The notes: a model not told the origin generated them from the letters alone. A stretch of 18,163 bases of DNA from an uncultured Bacilli bacterium (GCA_944368805.1 CALVXC010000026.1:1-18163); one strand, 5' to 3'; positions 1 through 7,408 are shown, counted from the first letter of the stretch. Numbers and translations: made by a program.

Positions 1-14
1 TGTTTTTTTTGCCG

Positions 15-49
15 AAAAGTACCTATCTTGTTGAGTTGGTACTTTTTTT
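15..49 (+). terminator. Putative rho-independent terminator of a plus-strand gene lying left of the window
   Basis: Stem AAAAGTACC (15-23) pairs with GGTACTTTT (38-46) around a 14-nt loop, and the T-run continues to 49. The sequence here is unrelated to the ABC ATPase fragment that ends at about 69. Confidence 0.4.
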
Positions 50-62
50 ATATGATAACCAA

Positions 63-137
63 TTAATATGCACCTAAAGGTTCATCTAATAAAAGAATGT
101 CAGGTTTAGTAGCTAATGTTCTAATTAAAGCTACTCT
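63..137 (-). pseudogene. Internal fragment of the ABC-transporter ATPase gene (post-signature helix plus Walker B), separated from its 5' part by the IME and truncated again at about 69
   Basis: The minus-strand frame reads R-V-A-L-I-R-T-L-A-T-K-P-D-I-L-L-L-D-E-P-L-G-A then Y-stop. This continues ...LSGGMRQRV from 10986-11400 exactly, in frame. LLLDEP is the Walker B motif. The D-loop, H-loop and C-terminus are missing. Confidence 0.85.
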
Positions 138-156
138 ATGAATACAGTAAAGACAC
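131..156. repeat. Left attachment site (att) of the IME: 7-bp core CTACTCT (131-137) plus element-internal arm (138-156)
   Basis: Core CTACTCT is identical to 10986-10992. Arm ATGAATACAGTAAAGACAC (138-156) is the imperfect inverted repeat (15/19) of GTGTCTATACTAAATGCAT at 10966-10984. Confidence 0.8.
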
Positions 157-363
157 TTAATTTCTTAATCCCTTATAAAATAAGGGTTTGCGTGTGTTTC
201 ACATTCAAGCATTAAAATTAACTTGAATTTTGAAAATCATTATTTTTTATAGTATTTACAATAGTTTAAGCGTATGTCCTGAAACAACCTTAAATTATTG
301 TCTTTTTTTAGTTTAACTTAATATTTTTAAGAGTTATTTAATTGTCTAGAAGTACTAGACATT

Positions 364-1224
364 TTATTGTTTACTTTCTATTTGTTTATTTTCATCTATA
401 TATTGATAGTTTAAAGCATTTTGATTTGATATAGCTTTCTTTTTAGTTGCTTTTTCATAAGATTTTCTAGCATCGTTAGCAACTTGTCCACCTTTACGAG
501 CAACTTTCATATTTTCTTTAAATCCTTGTGGATGTTCAGATTCTGCAATATCACGAGTAGCAATTTCCCCTAAATCAGTAAGAAGAACTTCTATATCAGT
601 CATATTATCTCTTAAAGATTCTTTTCTAATACCTTTAAATGCTTTATATTCATTTGCTTTCATACCAGACCAACTTTTATATATTTCATTAGTAAGCATT
701 GCATATTCTAAATTACTTTCAACGCCACCATCTTTCCAAACATCAGTTAATCTTTTTCTTTCTTGAATACCTTTAATTCTTTTAAAAATCCATGCCTCAT
801 CATAACCTTTAGCACGATATGTATCTATTGCTCTTTGCATTGTTAATGATGGGTCAAATACTTCATCAATTCTTTCTTTACCTAAATGTGCTAACCATTG
901 TTTTATAGGTTCAGCATTTTTACTTGGAATAGATTCAATAATTCTAAACATTCCTTCAATATCGCATACATCAGTATTATAATATTTACCATCTGATGCT
1001 TTTAATTTCAGTTGTCTAGTAATTCTAGACAACTCAAAATCTTCTTCTTTCTTTAGTTTTGTTTTAAGCCAACTCCAATATTTTCTAGGTTCTTTACTAT
1101 CTGCTAAAACACCAACAATATCAACAATACTTATATAATATTTTTCATCATCTTTATCCCAAATAGTTCTAATTGTTTCATTGTTAAATATTTTATTAAT
1201 TAAATGCATATTATCTTGTTTCAT
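364..1224 (-). CDS. Bro-N domain protein with DinD-like (DNA-damage-inducible protein D type) C-terminal region; antirepressor-like
   Basis: The N-terminus FNNETIRTIWDKDDEKYYISIVDIVGVLA fits the Bro-N pattern. The C-terminal half (...SLRDNMTDIEVLLTDLGEIATRDIAE...KVARKGGQVANDARK...) resembles the E. coli DinD C-terminus from memory. An SD-like AAGGATGGTG lies upstream of the ATG. Confidence 0.6.
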   Translation of the reverse strand: MKQDNMHLINKIFNNETIRTIWDKDDEKYYISIVDIVGVLADSKEPRKYWSWLKTKLKKEEDFELSRITRQLKLKASDGKYYNTDVCDIEGMFRIIESIPSKNAEPIKQWLAHLGKERIDEVFDPSLTMQRAIDTYRAKGYDEAWIFKRIKGIQERKRLTDVWKDGGVESNLEYAMLTNEIYKSWSGMKANEYKAFKGIRKESLRDNMTDIEVLLTDLGEIATRDIAESEHPQGFKENMKVARKGGQVANDARKSYEKATKKKAISNQNALNYQYIDENKQIESKQ

Positions 1225-1345
1225 TTATTCACCATCCTTTACTATTTATTTTTAATATGTATTAAGCAAAAGGTTATAGAAGTGTATAACCCCTCACTTA
1301 TATTATTCTACAAAAGTTTTGTATTTCCTTTTTTTATTTTGAAAT

Positions 1346-2959
1346 TTATTCAAAATTCCATTTAATTTGAATATCTCTAGTATTCGTTTCCTCATTTAAT
1401 TTACCAATATAGATTTTATCAATAAACTCATCAATAATAACTCTGTTTAAACTTTCAAGAGTTTTATATTTGCTAAATATTTTTTTATTATCATTTGTAG
1501 CAATTTCTTTCTTTTTATAAAATTCAATTTCATTATCAATAGATTTAATTTGGCCATTATAGATAGATTCATTACTATTATAATCACTAACTAATTCTTT
1601 AAATTGTTCTGCAGTAATTATTCCATTAACTTTATCTTCATATAATGACTTTAGATATTTTCTAGTTTCTGATACTTTTTTTATAGTTTCTAGTTTTTGA
1701 TTTTCTAATGATTTAATTTTATCTGAAAATCTACTTTTCTTATTTTTAGTTTCAATTTTAGATAATGATACTTCATCATAATACATTTGAATTTTCTTAT
1801 TTATTGCCTCTAATACAATATTTTCTAAAACATCATATCTAATAGAACTTTTGTTAATACAATCATCATATCCATCTCTATTGTTAGAGCAGACTAGATA
1901 TTCGTGTAATTTAGAATTCTTTTTTCTCATATATCTTTTACATTCTAAACAAAACACTTTACCAGAGAAGTTATGAACAACTCCTGTTGATTTCATAGGC
2001 TTTGTTCTTTCTTTCATAGCGATTTGAACTTTATTAAAAGTTTCACTATCAATAATTGCTTCGTGAGTATTTTCTTTTCGTACCCAATCTTTTTCATTTT
2101 TCTTTTTGATTTTATGATTTTTATAACTAACAGTAGTTCTTTTACCTTGTATTAGATGACCAACATATAATTCATTCGTTAAAATCGTTTTTATGGCGTT
2201 TGTAGACCATTTTATTTGCTCTCTAGGTCTATTGCTTATCACGTTCAGTTTGATGCCTTTTTGATACTTATAAAGTGAAGGAGAAGGTATCTTTTTCTCA
2301 TTTAAATACTTTGCTATACCCGTAAATCCCATACCTTTTAAATATAAGTCAAAAATATCTTTTACTATTTCAGAAGCAATAGGATCTACTACTATTTTGT
2401 TATTATCTTCTTTAGATACTTCATAACCAAATGAGGCGAAAGGAGAAATGAATTCTCCTTGCTTCATTTTTGCTTGGAAAGCACTTCTAATATTATTAGA
2501 AGTATCTTCTAAATACCATTCATTAACAAGTCCATTTATTTGTCTAGATTTTTTATTACCTTCAACATTGGTATCAGCATTATCTGCTAAACCTATAAAT
2601 CTAATATTCCATTCAATAAACTTATTATGAATATATTTTTCAACAACTTCCATATCTCTAGAGAATCTTGATTGACTTTTACATAAAATTACATCAATTT
2701 TTCCATTTTCACAATCTCTAATTAGTCTTTCAAATTCAGGTCTAAAAGTACCAGCACCAGATAAATCTTCATCACAATATTCATCTACTAACATAAATTC
2801 AGGTCTTTTTTCAATTTCTTCTAAAAGTAAATTCCTTTGATTTTTAATTGATTCACTATCATCTAATTTATTTGCTTTGTCTTTGTCTTCATCAGATAAT
2901 CTTAAATAAATAGCAACTCTTAAATATTTCTTTTCCTCAACACTCTCCATTTCATACAT
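1346..2959 (-). CDS. Large serine recombinase (element integrase)
   Basis: The resolvase-type N-terminus VAIYLRLSDED...SIKNQR contains the catalytic Ser. It is followed by a recombinase domain, a Cys-rich zinc ribbon (FCLECKRY...LVCSNN...C) and a coiled-coil C-terminus. The start is set at ATG 2959 (MYEMES...), 7 nt after SD GGAGGT. The tracked TTG at 2974 overlaps the SD. Confidence 0.9.
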   Translation of the reverse strand: MYEMESVEEKKYLRVAIYLRLSDEDKDKANKLDDSESIKNQRNLLLEEIEKRPEFMLVDEYCDEDLSGAGTFRPEFERLIRDCENGKIDVILCKSQSRFSRDMEVVEKYIHNKFIEWNIRFIGLADNADTNVEGNKKSRQINGLVNEWYLEDTSNNIRSAFQAKMKQGEFISPFASFGYEVSKEDNNKIVVDPIASEIVKDIFDLYLKGMGFTGIAKYLNEKKIPSPSLYKYQKGIKLNVISNRPREQIKWSTNAIKTILTNELYVGHLIQGKRTTVSYKNHKIKKKNEKDWVRKENTHEAIIDSETFNKVQIAMKERTKPMKSTGVVHNFSGKVFCLECKRYMRKKNSKLHEYLVCSNNRDGYDDCINKSSIRYDVLENIVLEAINKKIQMYYDEVSLSKIETKNKKSRFSDKIKSLENQKLETIKKVSETRKYLKSLYEDKVNGIITAEQFKELVSDYNSNESIYNGQIKSIDNEIEFYKKKEIATNDNKKIFSKYKTLESLNRVIIDEFIDKIYIGKLNEETNTRDIQIKWNFE

Positions 2960-3382
2960 AACTATTACCTCCAATACTTCGGTAATAATTAAGTTTTAAG
3001 CTAAACTTATAACCAATACCATTATACCATTTAATTGACTTCATTACACGAAAGTTCCATTAATTTTATAATATTAAATAGTTTTTCGTTAATTAGTTGT
3101 TTTAAATCGGTATCAGTTATCTTCTCATCTACAACATCAATAACATTGTATATAGTGTCTATAAAAATGCCTCCTTATAATTTTATTAACTTGAGGAGTA
3201 AACTCGGTAGTCATATTTGAATCTATTTTTAATTGCTTTAATCATAATATCAACCTCCAATCATTACTATATTAATTTTTCTTTATTATTCTTTTTCTAT
3301 ACGATATTTGTTTTTAATCAATTAAATTTATTATTATTTTAAATTATACGGCTACACAAGTTTACTTAAATTTTAAGAGTGT

Positions 3383-4816
3383 CTATCTTCCAATTTCAAA
3401 ATCATCTGATTTGTCTTTATAAGCATAGTTACGATTAATTTTATTTGCATACATTTCCATTTCATCATAATCTATATCATCATTTTTATTATAGTGAATT
3501 CCAATTTTATGACCTAAAGCTCTGCAGAACTTATCACAAAGACTATACATTTTTTCTTTGAATTCTTTTAGATGTTTCATTAATTTTTCAACCTGATTTT
3601 CTAAACTTTCAATAATACTATTTTTTTCTTTAATAATTTGTTTTTGTTTTTCTATTAATTCATCTCGTTCTTTAATACCGCGACCATCTTTTAGTTTTGT
3701 GTTTTCTAAACTTAATGTTTCAATCTTTTTAGTCATAGTTTCAATAGTGTAATCTTTTTCTTTGATATATTTAGTATTTAAGATATTTTGCTTTTTAATT
3801 TGTTTTGAATAATCAATCAAATTATCAACATCTTTTCCTTTATATAGAGATATTTTGTTTTTCTGTGGATTAAGAACTTCATTATCGTCTAAATCTTTTA
3901 TTTGATTAATTGTTTCTAGTTCTATTTGATTTAGTTTTTTATTTCTTTCAAATTCAAGTTTCATTTCTTCAATTTGTTTATTCATATCTTCAATTTCTTT
4001 TTGTGCTTTTGTTTTATGATAAACATTATCTCCGATATTACCTCTGAATAAATTATATCCTTTATCATTAATATACTTATTATAATCATCTTGAATTTTG
4101 GCGTATGATGCTTTACCACCTTTTTCTTTCCAAAACTGATCGCAATTTACAAACTTTCCTTTTTCAATTGTATACATATTTTTACCATTTGCATCTTTCT
4201 TTTGAATAGGTAATAATTTTTTAATACCATCTTTTCCTGTTACTTCATGTTTAATAAGATTTCCTTTTGAATCAGTTTCAAATACTTTTCTTTTAACCTC
4301 ATTAACAACAGGAATAAAATAGAAGTGCATGTGTGGTGTATCTTCATCATAATGAACTTCTGCATATACTATATTTTCTTTACCAACGAAATCTTCTAAA
4401 AAATCATAACTATCTTTGAAAAAAATTTTTACTTTCTCTGGAATATCTTTTTCATCTTTAATATCAGGAATTAAAATATCTTCGTCTTTATTTTTTCCGT
4501 ATTCAATTTTACGACCACTTGGTTTAAAATTCATTCCTAATGTTTGAAAAAATTCTTTTCCACTTGTAACGACAGCGCCATTTAGTAAATTAACATTTTT
4601 ACTATCGTTATAATATATTTTATTTTTATTTATATTAGAATAGACTTGTTCTTTTAAAGTTGACTTTTCTAAAGGAACAAAAGAAAAATTAAATTTAGTT
4701 CGTTCTTTATCATAATTTCCTGTTCCTTTTCTTTCAGTTAATTCAACACCAAGTCCACCTAAATCGCTTGCTTTAAATTTGTTTTCAAATCTTAATACTT
4801 GGTTTCCATCGTGCAT
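3383..4816 (-). CDS. MobV-family (Pre/Mob) relaxase
   Basis: Signature HxDExxPHxH is present as VHYDEDTPHMHFYFIPV. The N-terminal VLRFENKFKASDLGGLGVELTER aligns by eye with pMV158 MobM VARMQKMKAGNLGGAFKHNER. The C-terminal half is a long coiled coil. SD AAGGAGGT lies 5 nt before the ATG. Confidence 0.88.
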   Translation of the reverse strand: MHDGNQVLRFENKFKASDLGGLGVELTERKGTGNYDKERTKFNFSFVPLEKSTLKEQVYSNINKNKIYYNDSKNVNLLNGAVVTSGKEFFQTLGMNFKPSGRKIEYGKNKDEDILIPDIKDEKDIPEKVKIFFKDSYDFLEDFVGKENIVYAEVHYDEDTPHMHFYFIPVVNEVKRKVFETDSKGNLIKHEVTGKDGIKKLLPIQKKDANGKNMYTIEKGKFVNCDQFWKEKGGKASYAKIQDDYNKYINDKGYNLFRGNIGDNVYHKTKAQKEIEDMNKQIEEMKLEFERNKKLNQIELETINQIKDLDDNEVLNPQKNKISLYKGKDVDNLIDYSKQIKKQNILNTKYIKEKDYTIETMTKKIETLSLENTKLKDGRGIKERDELIEKQKQIIKEKNSIIESLENQVEKLMKHLKEFKEKMYSLCDKFCRALGHKIGIHYNKNDDIDYDEMEMYANKINRNYAYKDKSDDFEIGR

Positions 4817-4850
4817 TTATTACCTCCTTTGCATTACTTTTTTTGATGGA

Positions 4851-4915
4851 GGACAATTTATTGTCCTATCTCACTAGGGCATAGCCCACGTGAGTTTAGG
4901 GATATTACCCCTAAA
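4851..4915. other. Candidate oriT: three consecutive GC-containing stem-loops immediately upstream of the relaxase gene
   Basis: GGACAAT/ATTGTCC (4851-4866). Nested CTCAC-ta-GGGC-ata-GCCC-ac-GTGAG (4870-4894). TTTAGGG-atattac-CCCTAAA (4895-4915). These are unusually GC-rich for this DNA and sit where MobV oriTs normally lie. Confidence 0.4.
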
Positions 4916-4983
4916 AACCCCAATACTTGTTTAAGCTAATGCCAATGATAAATCAAAGGCAAAAGCTATAAACAAGATTAAAT

Positions 4984-5040
4984 AATAAGTATCTACTAGA
5001 TACTTATTTAATAAATTATTAAAATCTAGTTTTAATAATT
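4984..5040. repeat. Two adjacent perfect palindromes (12-bp and 11-bp arms) downstream of the RepA-like gene
   Basis: AATAAGTATCTA-c-TAGATACTTATT (4984-5008) and AATTATTAAAA-tctag-TTTTAATAATT (5014-5040). Neither is followed by a T-run on the minus strand, so they are not classic terminators. Confidence 0.6.
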
Positions 5041-5119
5041 GTAAAAATATTCGTTATCGCCACTTCCAACCTTGCAGGTCAGAACGTGCCACACTCATTT
5101 TTTACTTTGATGAAAATAA

Positions 5120-6070
5120 TTAATTTTCAAGGGTAGGTTCTTCATATTTAGCATAATAAATTCTATCAGTACCTGTTCTTTTTAATTCAATATGAAGACC
5201 TTCTTTTTCTAATTTATCTAAATTATTTTTTAATAATTTTCCAAATACTGATGGTACAATTTGTAAATTTAATTTACTAGTTATATCAGATATGGTAAAT
5301 GAAAATTCTTTTTGCTTAATAGCGTAATTTAGAAAAATTAATAAATTAGGATTTAAATCATCAAATTCCATTTCTGATTTTTCAAAAATTAAATTTTCAT
5401 TTCTTTTAAGAACAAAATCTACACTTTCATAATCTCTACTTTCGTAAGTGAATAAAATTTTGCTTTTTAAATTTTGATCTAACTTTAAAGTTATAATTCC
5501 ATCAACAGAACCATCTATTGCAGTTGAACCTAATGATTTATTATTCTTATTTAGATGATGAATTAAAAGAATAGTAAAGTTATATTTTTTACATAACTCT
5601 CTAAATTTAGGGATAACATATTGTCCCATATCTTGATAGTTATTTAAATCATAACCATTATTCATATCAATTCCACTAAACATATCTATAATTACAAATC
5701 TACCATTAAGGTCATTTGCAAACTCTTGAAATTCTAATTGTAAATCCATTAAATTTAATTTTCTTTCGTTTATTTCCTGTTCTTTTAATCTAAAATTATC
5801 ATCATCAAATTCTAGATTCATTTTGTCAATTCTATCTAAAATTTGTGAAAAATTCATTTCTGTGCTAATATATAAGACAGGAGAAGGACTTGTTCTAAAT
5901 CCTAGAAAATTTGTTCCTGTTGCAATTGCATTAGCAAGTTGAAGTGCCAACAATGACTTGCCAACTTTAGGTCTAGCAACAAGACAATATAATCCATTAG
6001 ATTTCATAAGATTATCTACTATGAAATCTTTTTTTGTGGAATTCTTCCTCATTTCACTTATGCATTTCAA
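5120..6070 (-). CDS. RepA/DnaB-like P-loop ATPase (AAA_25-type; putative element replication helicase)
   Basis: Walker A is VARPKVGKSLLALQLA and Walker B is FVIIDMFSG. LLIHHLNK resembles a sensor motif, and there is a C-terminal winged-helix-like tail. The start is TTG at 6070, 6 nt after SD GGAGG. Confidence 0.75.
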   Translation of the reverse strand: MKCISEMRKNSTKKDFIVDNLMKSNGLYCLVARPKVGKSLLALQLANAIATGTNFLGFRTSPSPVLYISTEMNFSQILDRIDKMNLEFDDDNFRLKEQEINERKLNLMDLQLEFQEFANDLNGRFVIIDMFSGIDMNNGYDLNNYQDMGQYVIPKFRELCKKYNFTILLIHHLNKNNKSLGSTAIDGSVDGIITLKLDQNLKSKILFTYESRDYESVDFVLKRNENLIFEKSEMEFDDLNPNLLIFLNYAIKQKEFSFTISDITSKLNLQIVPSVFGKLLKNNLDKLEKEGLHIELKRTGTDRIYYAKYEEPTLEN

Positions 6071-6093
6071 ATTTACACCTCCTTTCCAACATT

Positions 6094-6117
6094 AAAAAAA
6101 CTTGTATTATCTACAAG
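6094..6117 (-). terminator. Weak terminator/attenuator-like hairpin between the small wHTH-like gene and the RepA-like gene
   Basis: On the minus strand, CTTGTA-gataa-TACAAG is followed by T7 (6100-6094). The stem is only 6 bp and AT-rich. Confidence 0.3.
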
Positions 6118-6278
6118 TACACGAGAAAAAAAGCAGAATTATCCTGGGAACATTATTTTAAATCTTGTTCCTCAAGATTGTTATTGATTCAGCCTAATGG
6201 CTAGGTACTAAATAAATCTACGAACATTTACTGTACCTTATTTACTAACGATTATTACTTTTACATATAACATCTTTT

Positions 6279-6539
6279 TTAGTAAATGTGATATTCATAT
6301 AACCCTTTATCATATTCTTTATATATTAGATATTTAAATTGTTCTAATATTTTAAGATTATTTTTGAAGCCTACATTTGTTATATGAATCTTATTTTGGA
6401 TATCTCCAATGTTGATATGGGCTATATATTTATCAAAAGCATTTGAGTGAAGAATTGCATATATCTCTTTTGCCTCTGGCTTGATATTTTTATCTCTCCA
6501 TATCTTGTGTTTAGATAGGTCTAGCTTTTTACTAGGCAT
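6279..6539 (-). CDS. Small (86 aa) putative winged-helix DNA-binding protein, first gene of the minus-strand mobility operon
   Basis: The start is reassigned to ATG 6539 (MPSKKLDL...), 8 nt after a strong SD AGGAGGTG. The pattern ...EAKEIYAILHS...IGDIQNKIHITNVGFKNNLKILEQFKYLIYKE...YEY resembles wHTH proteins. The family is not identified. Confidence 0.5.
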   Translation of the reverse strand: MPSKKLDLSKHKIWRDKNIKPEAKEIYAILHSNAFDKYIAHINIGDIQNKIHITNVGFKNNLKILEQFKYLIYKEYDKGLYEYHIY

Positions 6540-6562
6540 ATATTTTATCACCTCCTGACTTT

Positions 6563-6578
6563 TGGAAATTAGTTTCCA
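6563..6578. promoter_or_regulatory. Operator-like palindrome TGGAAATTAGTTTCCA; half-site TAGTTTCCA repeated at 6616-6624
   Basis: This is a 16-bp near-perfect palindrome (7 of 8 pairs) located at about +1 to +16 of the predicted minus-strand promoter. A 9-bp direct copy of the right half lies immediately upstream of the -35 box. Confidence 0.5.
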
Positions 6579-6585
6579 TAAATAT

Positions 6586-6614
6586 AATCTATCATATAAA
6601 AACAACTTTGTCAA
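6586..6614 (-). promoter_or_regulatory. Predicted sigma-A-type promoter for the minus-strand operon (wHTH, RepA-like, Mob...)
   Basis: On the minus strand, -35 is TTGACA (6614-6609), followed by a 17-nt spacer and -10 TAGATT (6591-6586). Confidence 0.45.
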
Positions 6615-6632
6615 CTAGTTTCCAAAAAATAC

Positions 6633-6661
6633 TTTATTTTTTTAAAAAAGTGTGTTATACT
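6633..6661 (+). promoter_or_regulatory. Predicted promoter of the XRE regulator gene
   Basis: Extended -10 TGtTATACT spans 6653-6661. The -35 TTTATT (6633-6638) is weak, with a 17-nt spacer. Confidence 0.35.
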
Positions 6662-6679
6662 TAATATGTCGTTGGGAGA

Positions 6680-7207
6680 ATGGATATGTTTAAGAAGAAA
6701 AATAATGAATTAGAAATAAACAATGATATTGCTATGTTAGTTAAAGAAGCAAGACTAAAAAAAGGTCTTTCAGCACGTAAATTAGCAGAATTATGTGATA
6801 TTAGTCATACTGAAATAAATAATATAGAACGAGGTATAAGAGTTAAACCTGCTATATTAACATTAAAAGGATTTGAAAAGTATTTGGATTTACCATTTGA
6901 ACAAACTGCTAAATTAGTTGGTTATTCTGATGTAACAATAGAATATGGGGAAGAAAATATTATTGTATCCTATGAAAAATACGATAAAATGCGTGAACAA
7001 TATAAAACTGAATTTGAACATATGCAACATTTTATAGAACAAAAAAGACATCTAGGAATGGATATAGAAGAATATTTTTCAGTTATACATAAATATTTAA
7101 AAGAACAAGAAAACATAAATGAAGATATTTTAAATAAAGCTGAAGCAATAGAAAAGTTTTTAAAAGAATTACAAAGAAAATATGAATTTATCACAAAAGA
7201 AAAATAA
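6680..7207 (+). CDS. XRE/Cro-CI family HTH transcriptional regulator with a coiled-coil C-terminal extension
   Basis: IAMLVKEARLKKGLSARKLAELCDISHTEINNIERG is a canonical HTH_XRE. The gene is divergent from the minus-strand operon. The second ATG (6686) is better spaced from SD GGGAGA and may be the true start. Confidence 0.85.
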   Translation: MDMFKKKNNELEINNDIAMLVKEARLKKGLSARKLAELCDISHTEINNIERGIRVKPAILTLKGFEKYLDLPFEQTAKLVGYSDVTIEYGEENIIVSYEKYDKMREQYKTEFEHMQHFIEQKRHLGMDIEEYFSVIHKYLKEQENINEDILNKAEAIEKFLKELQRKYEFITKEK

Positions 7208-7286
7208 TGACACGAGTGACAGAAAAAATTATGAGGTACCCACCCAAAATGTGCTGTCATGCTGTCATTTGACATAATAAGAATAG

Positions 7287-7313
7287 TATGAATTTAATTC
7301 ATATTATTTTTTT
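7287..7313 (+). terminator. Putative rho-independent terminator after the XRE gene
   Basis: Palindrome TATGAATTtAATTCATA (7287-7303) is followed by TTATTTTTTT (7304-7313). The stem is AT-rich, so predicted stability is modest. Confidence 0.4.
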
Positions 7314-7354
7314 GCTAATTTTATAATAGTTTTCTTTAAAAATAAGGACAAAAG

Positions 7355-7383
7355 TTGTAAAATTTTCAATTTTATGTTATCAT
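7355..7383 (+). promoter_or_regulatory. Predicted dedicated promoter of the AAA+/vWA cargo operon
   Basis: The -35 is TTGTAA (7355-7360), followed by a 17-nt spacer ending in TGt (extended -10) and -10 TATCAT (7378-7383). SD AAGGGGG follows, 7 nt before ATG 7409. Confidence 0.5.
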
Positions 7384-7408
7384 AACTGAACGTTAAGGGG
7401 GAAACTTT

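Noticed and set aside
2448-2630. 60-aa plus-strand ORF inside the serine recombinase gene
   Set aside because: It is antisense to a well-supported 537-aa CDS, has no SD and has a low-complexity Leu/Ser/Phe-rich translation typical of AT-rich antisense frames.
3035-3220. 61-aa plus-strand ORF in the mob-recombinase gap
   Set aside because: It has no SD and a hydrophobic low-complexity translation. The opposite strand carries the SD sequences, so any real coding potential is more likely on the minus strand.
6540-6614. 25-codon N-terminal extension of the small wHTH-like ORF (tracked start 6614)
   Set aside because: The extension would run through the gene's own strong SD (AGGAGGTG, 6549-6556), the operator palindrome and the predicted promoter. 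ATG 6539 is the properly spaced start.
7231-7272. 13-codon ORF ATGAGGTACCCACCCAAAATGTGCTGTCATGCTGTCATTTGA in the XRE-cargo intergenic region
   Set aside because: It has no SD and is very short. The sequence is better explained by the TGACA/TGTCA motif array.
6970-7275. 101-aa minus-strand ORF overlapping the XRE gene
   Set aside because: It is antisense to a CDS with a canonical HTH domain, its Cys/Ser/Phe-rich composition looks non-protein-like, and it has no SD.
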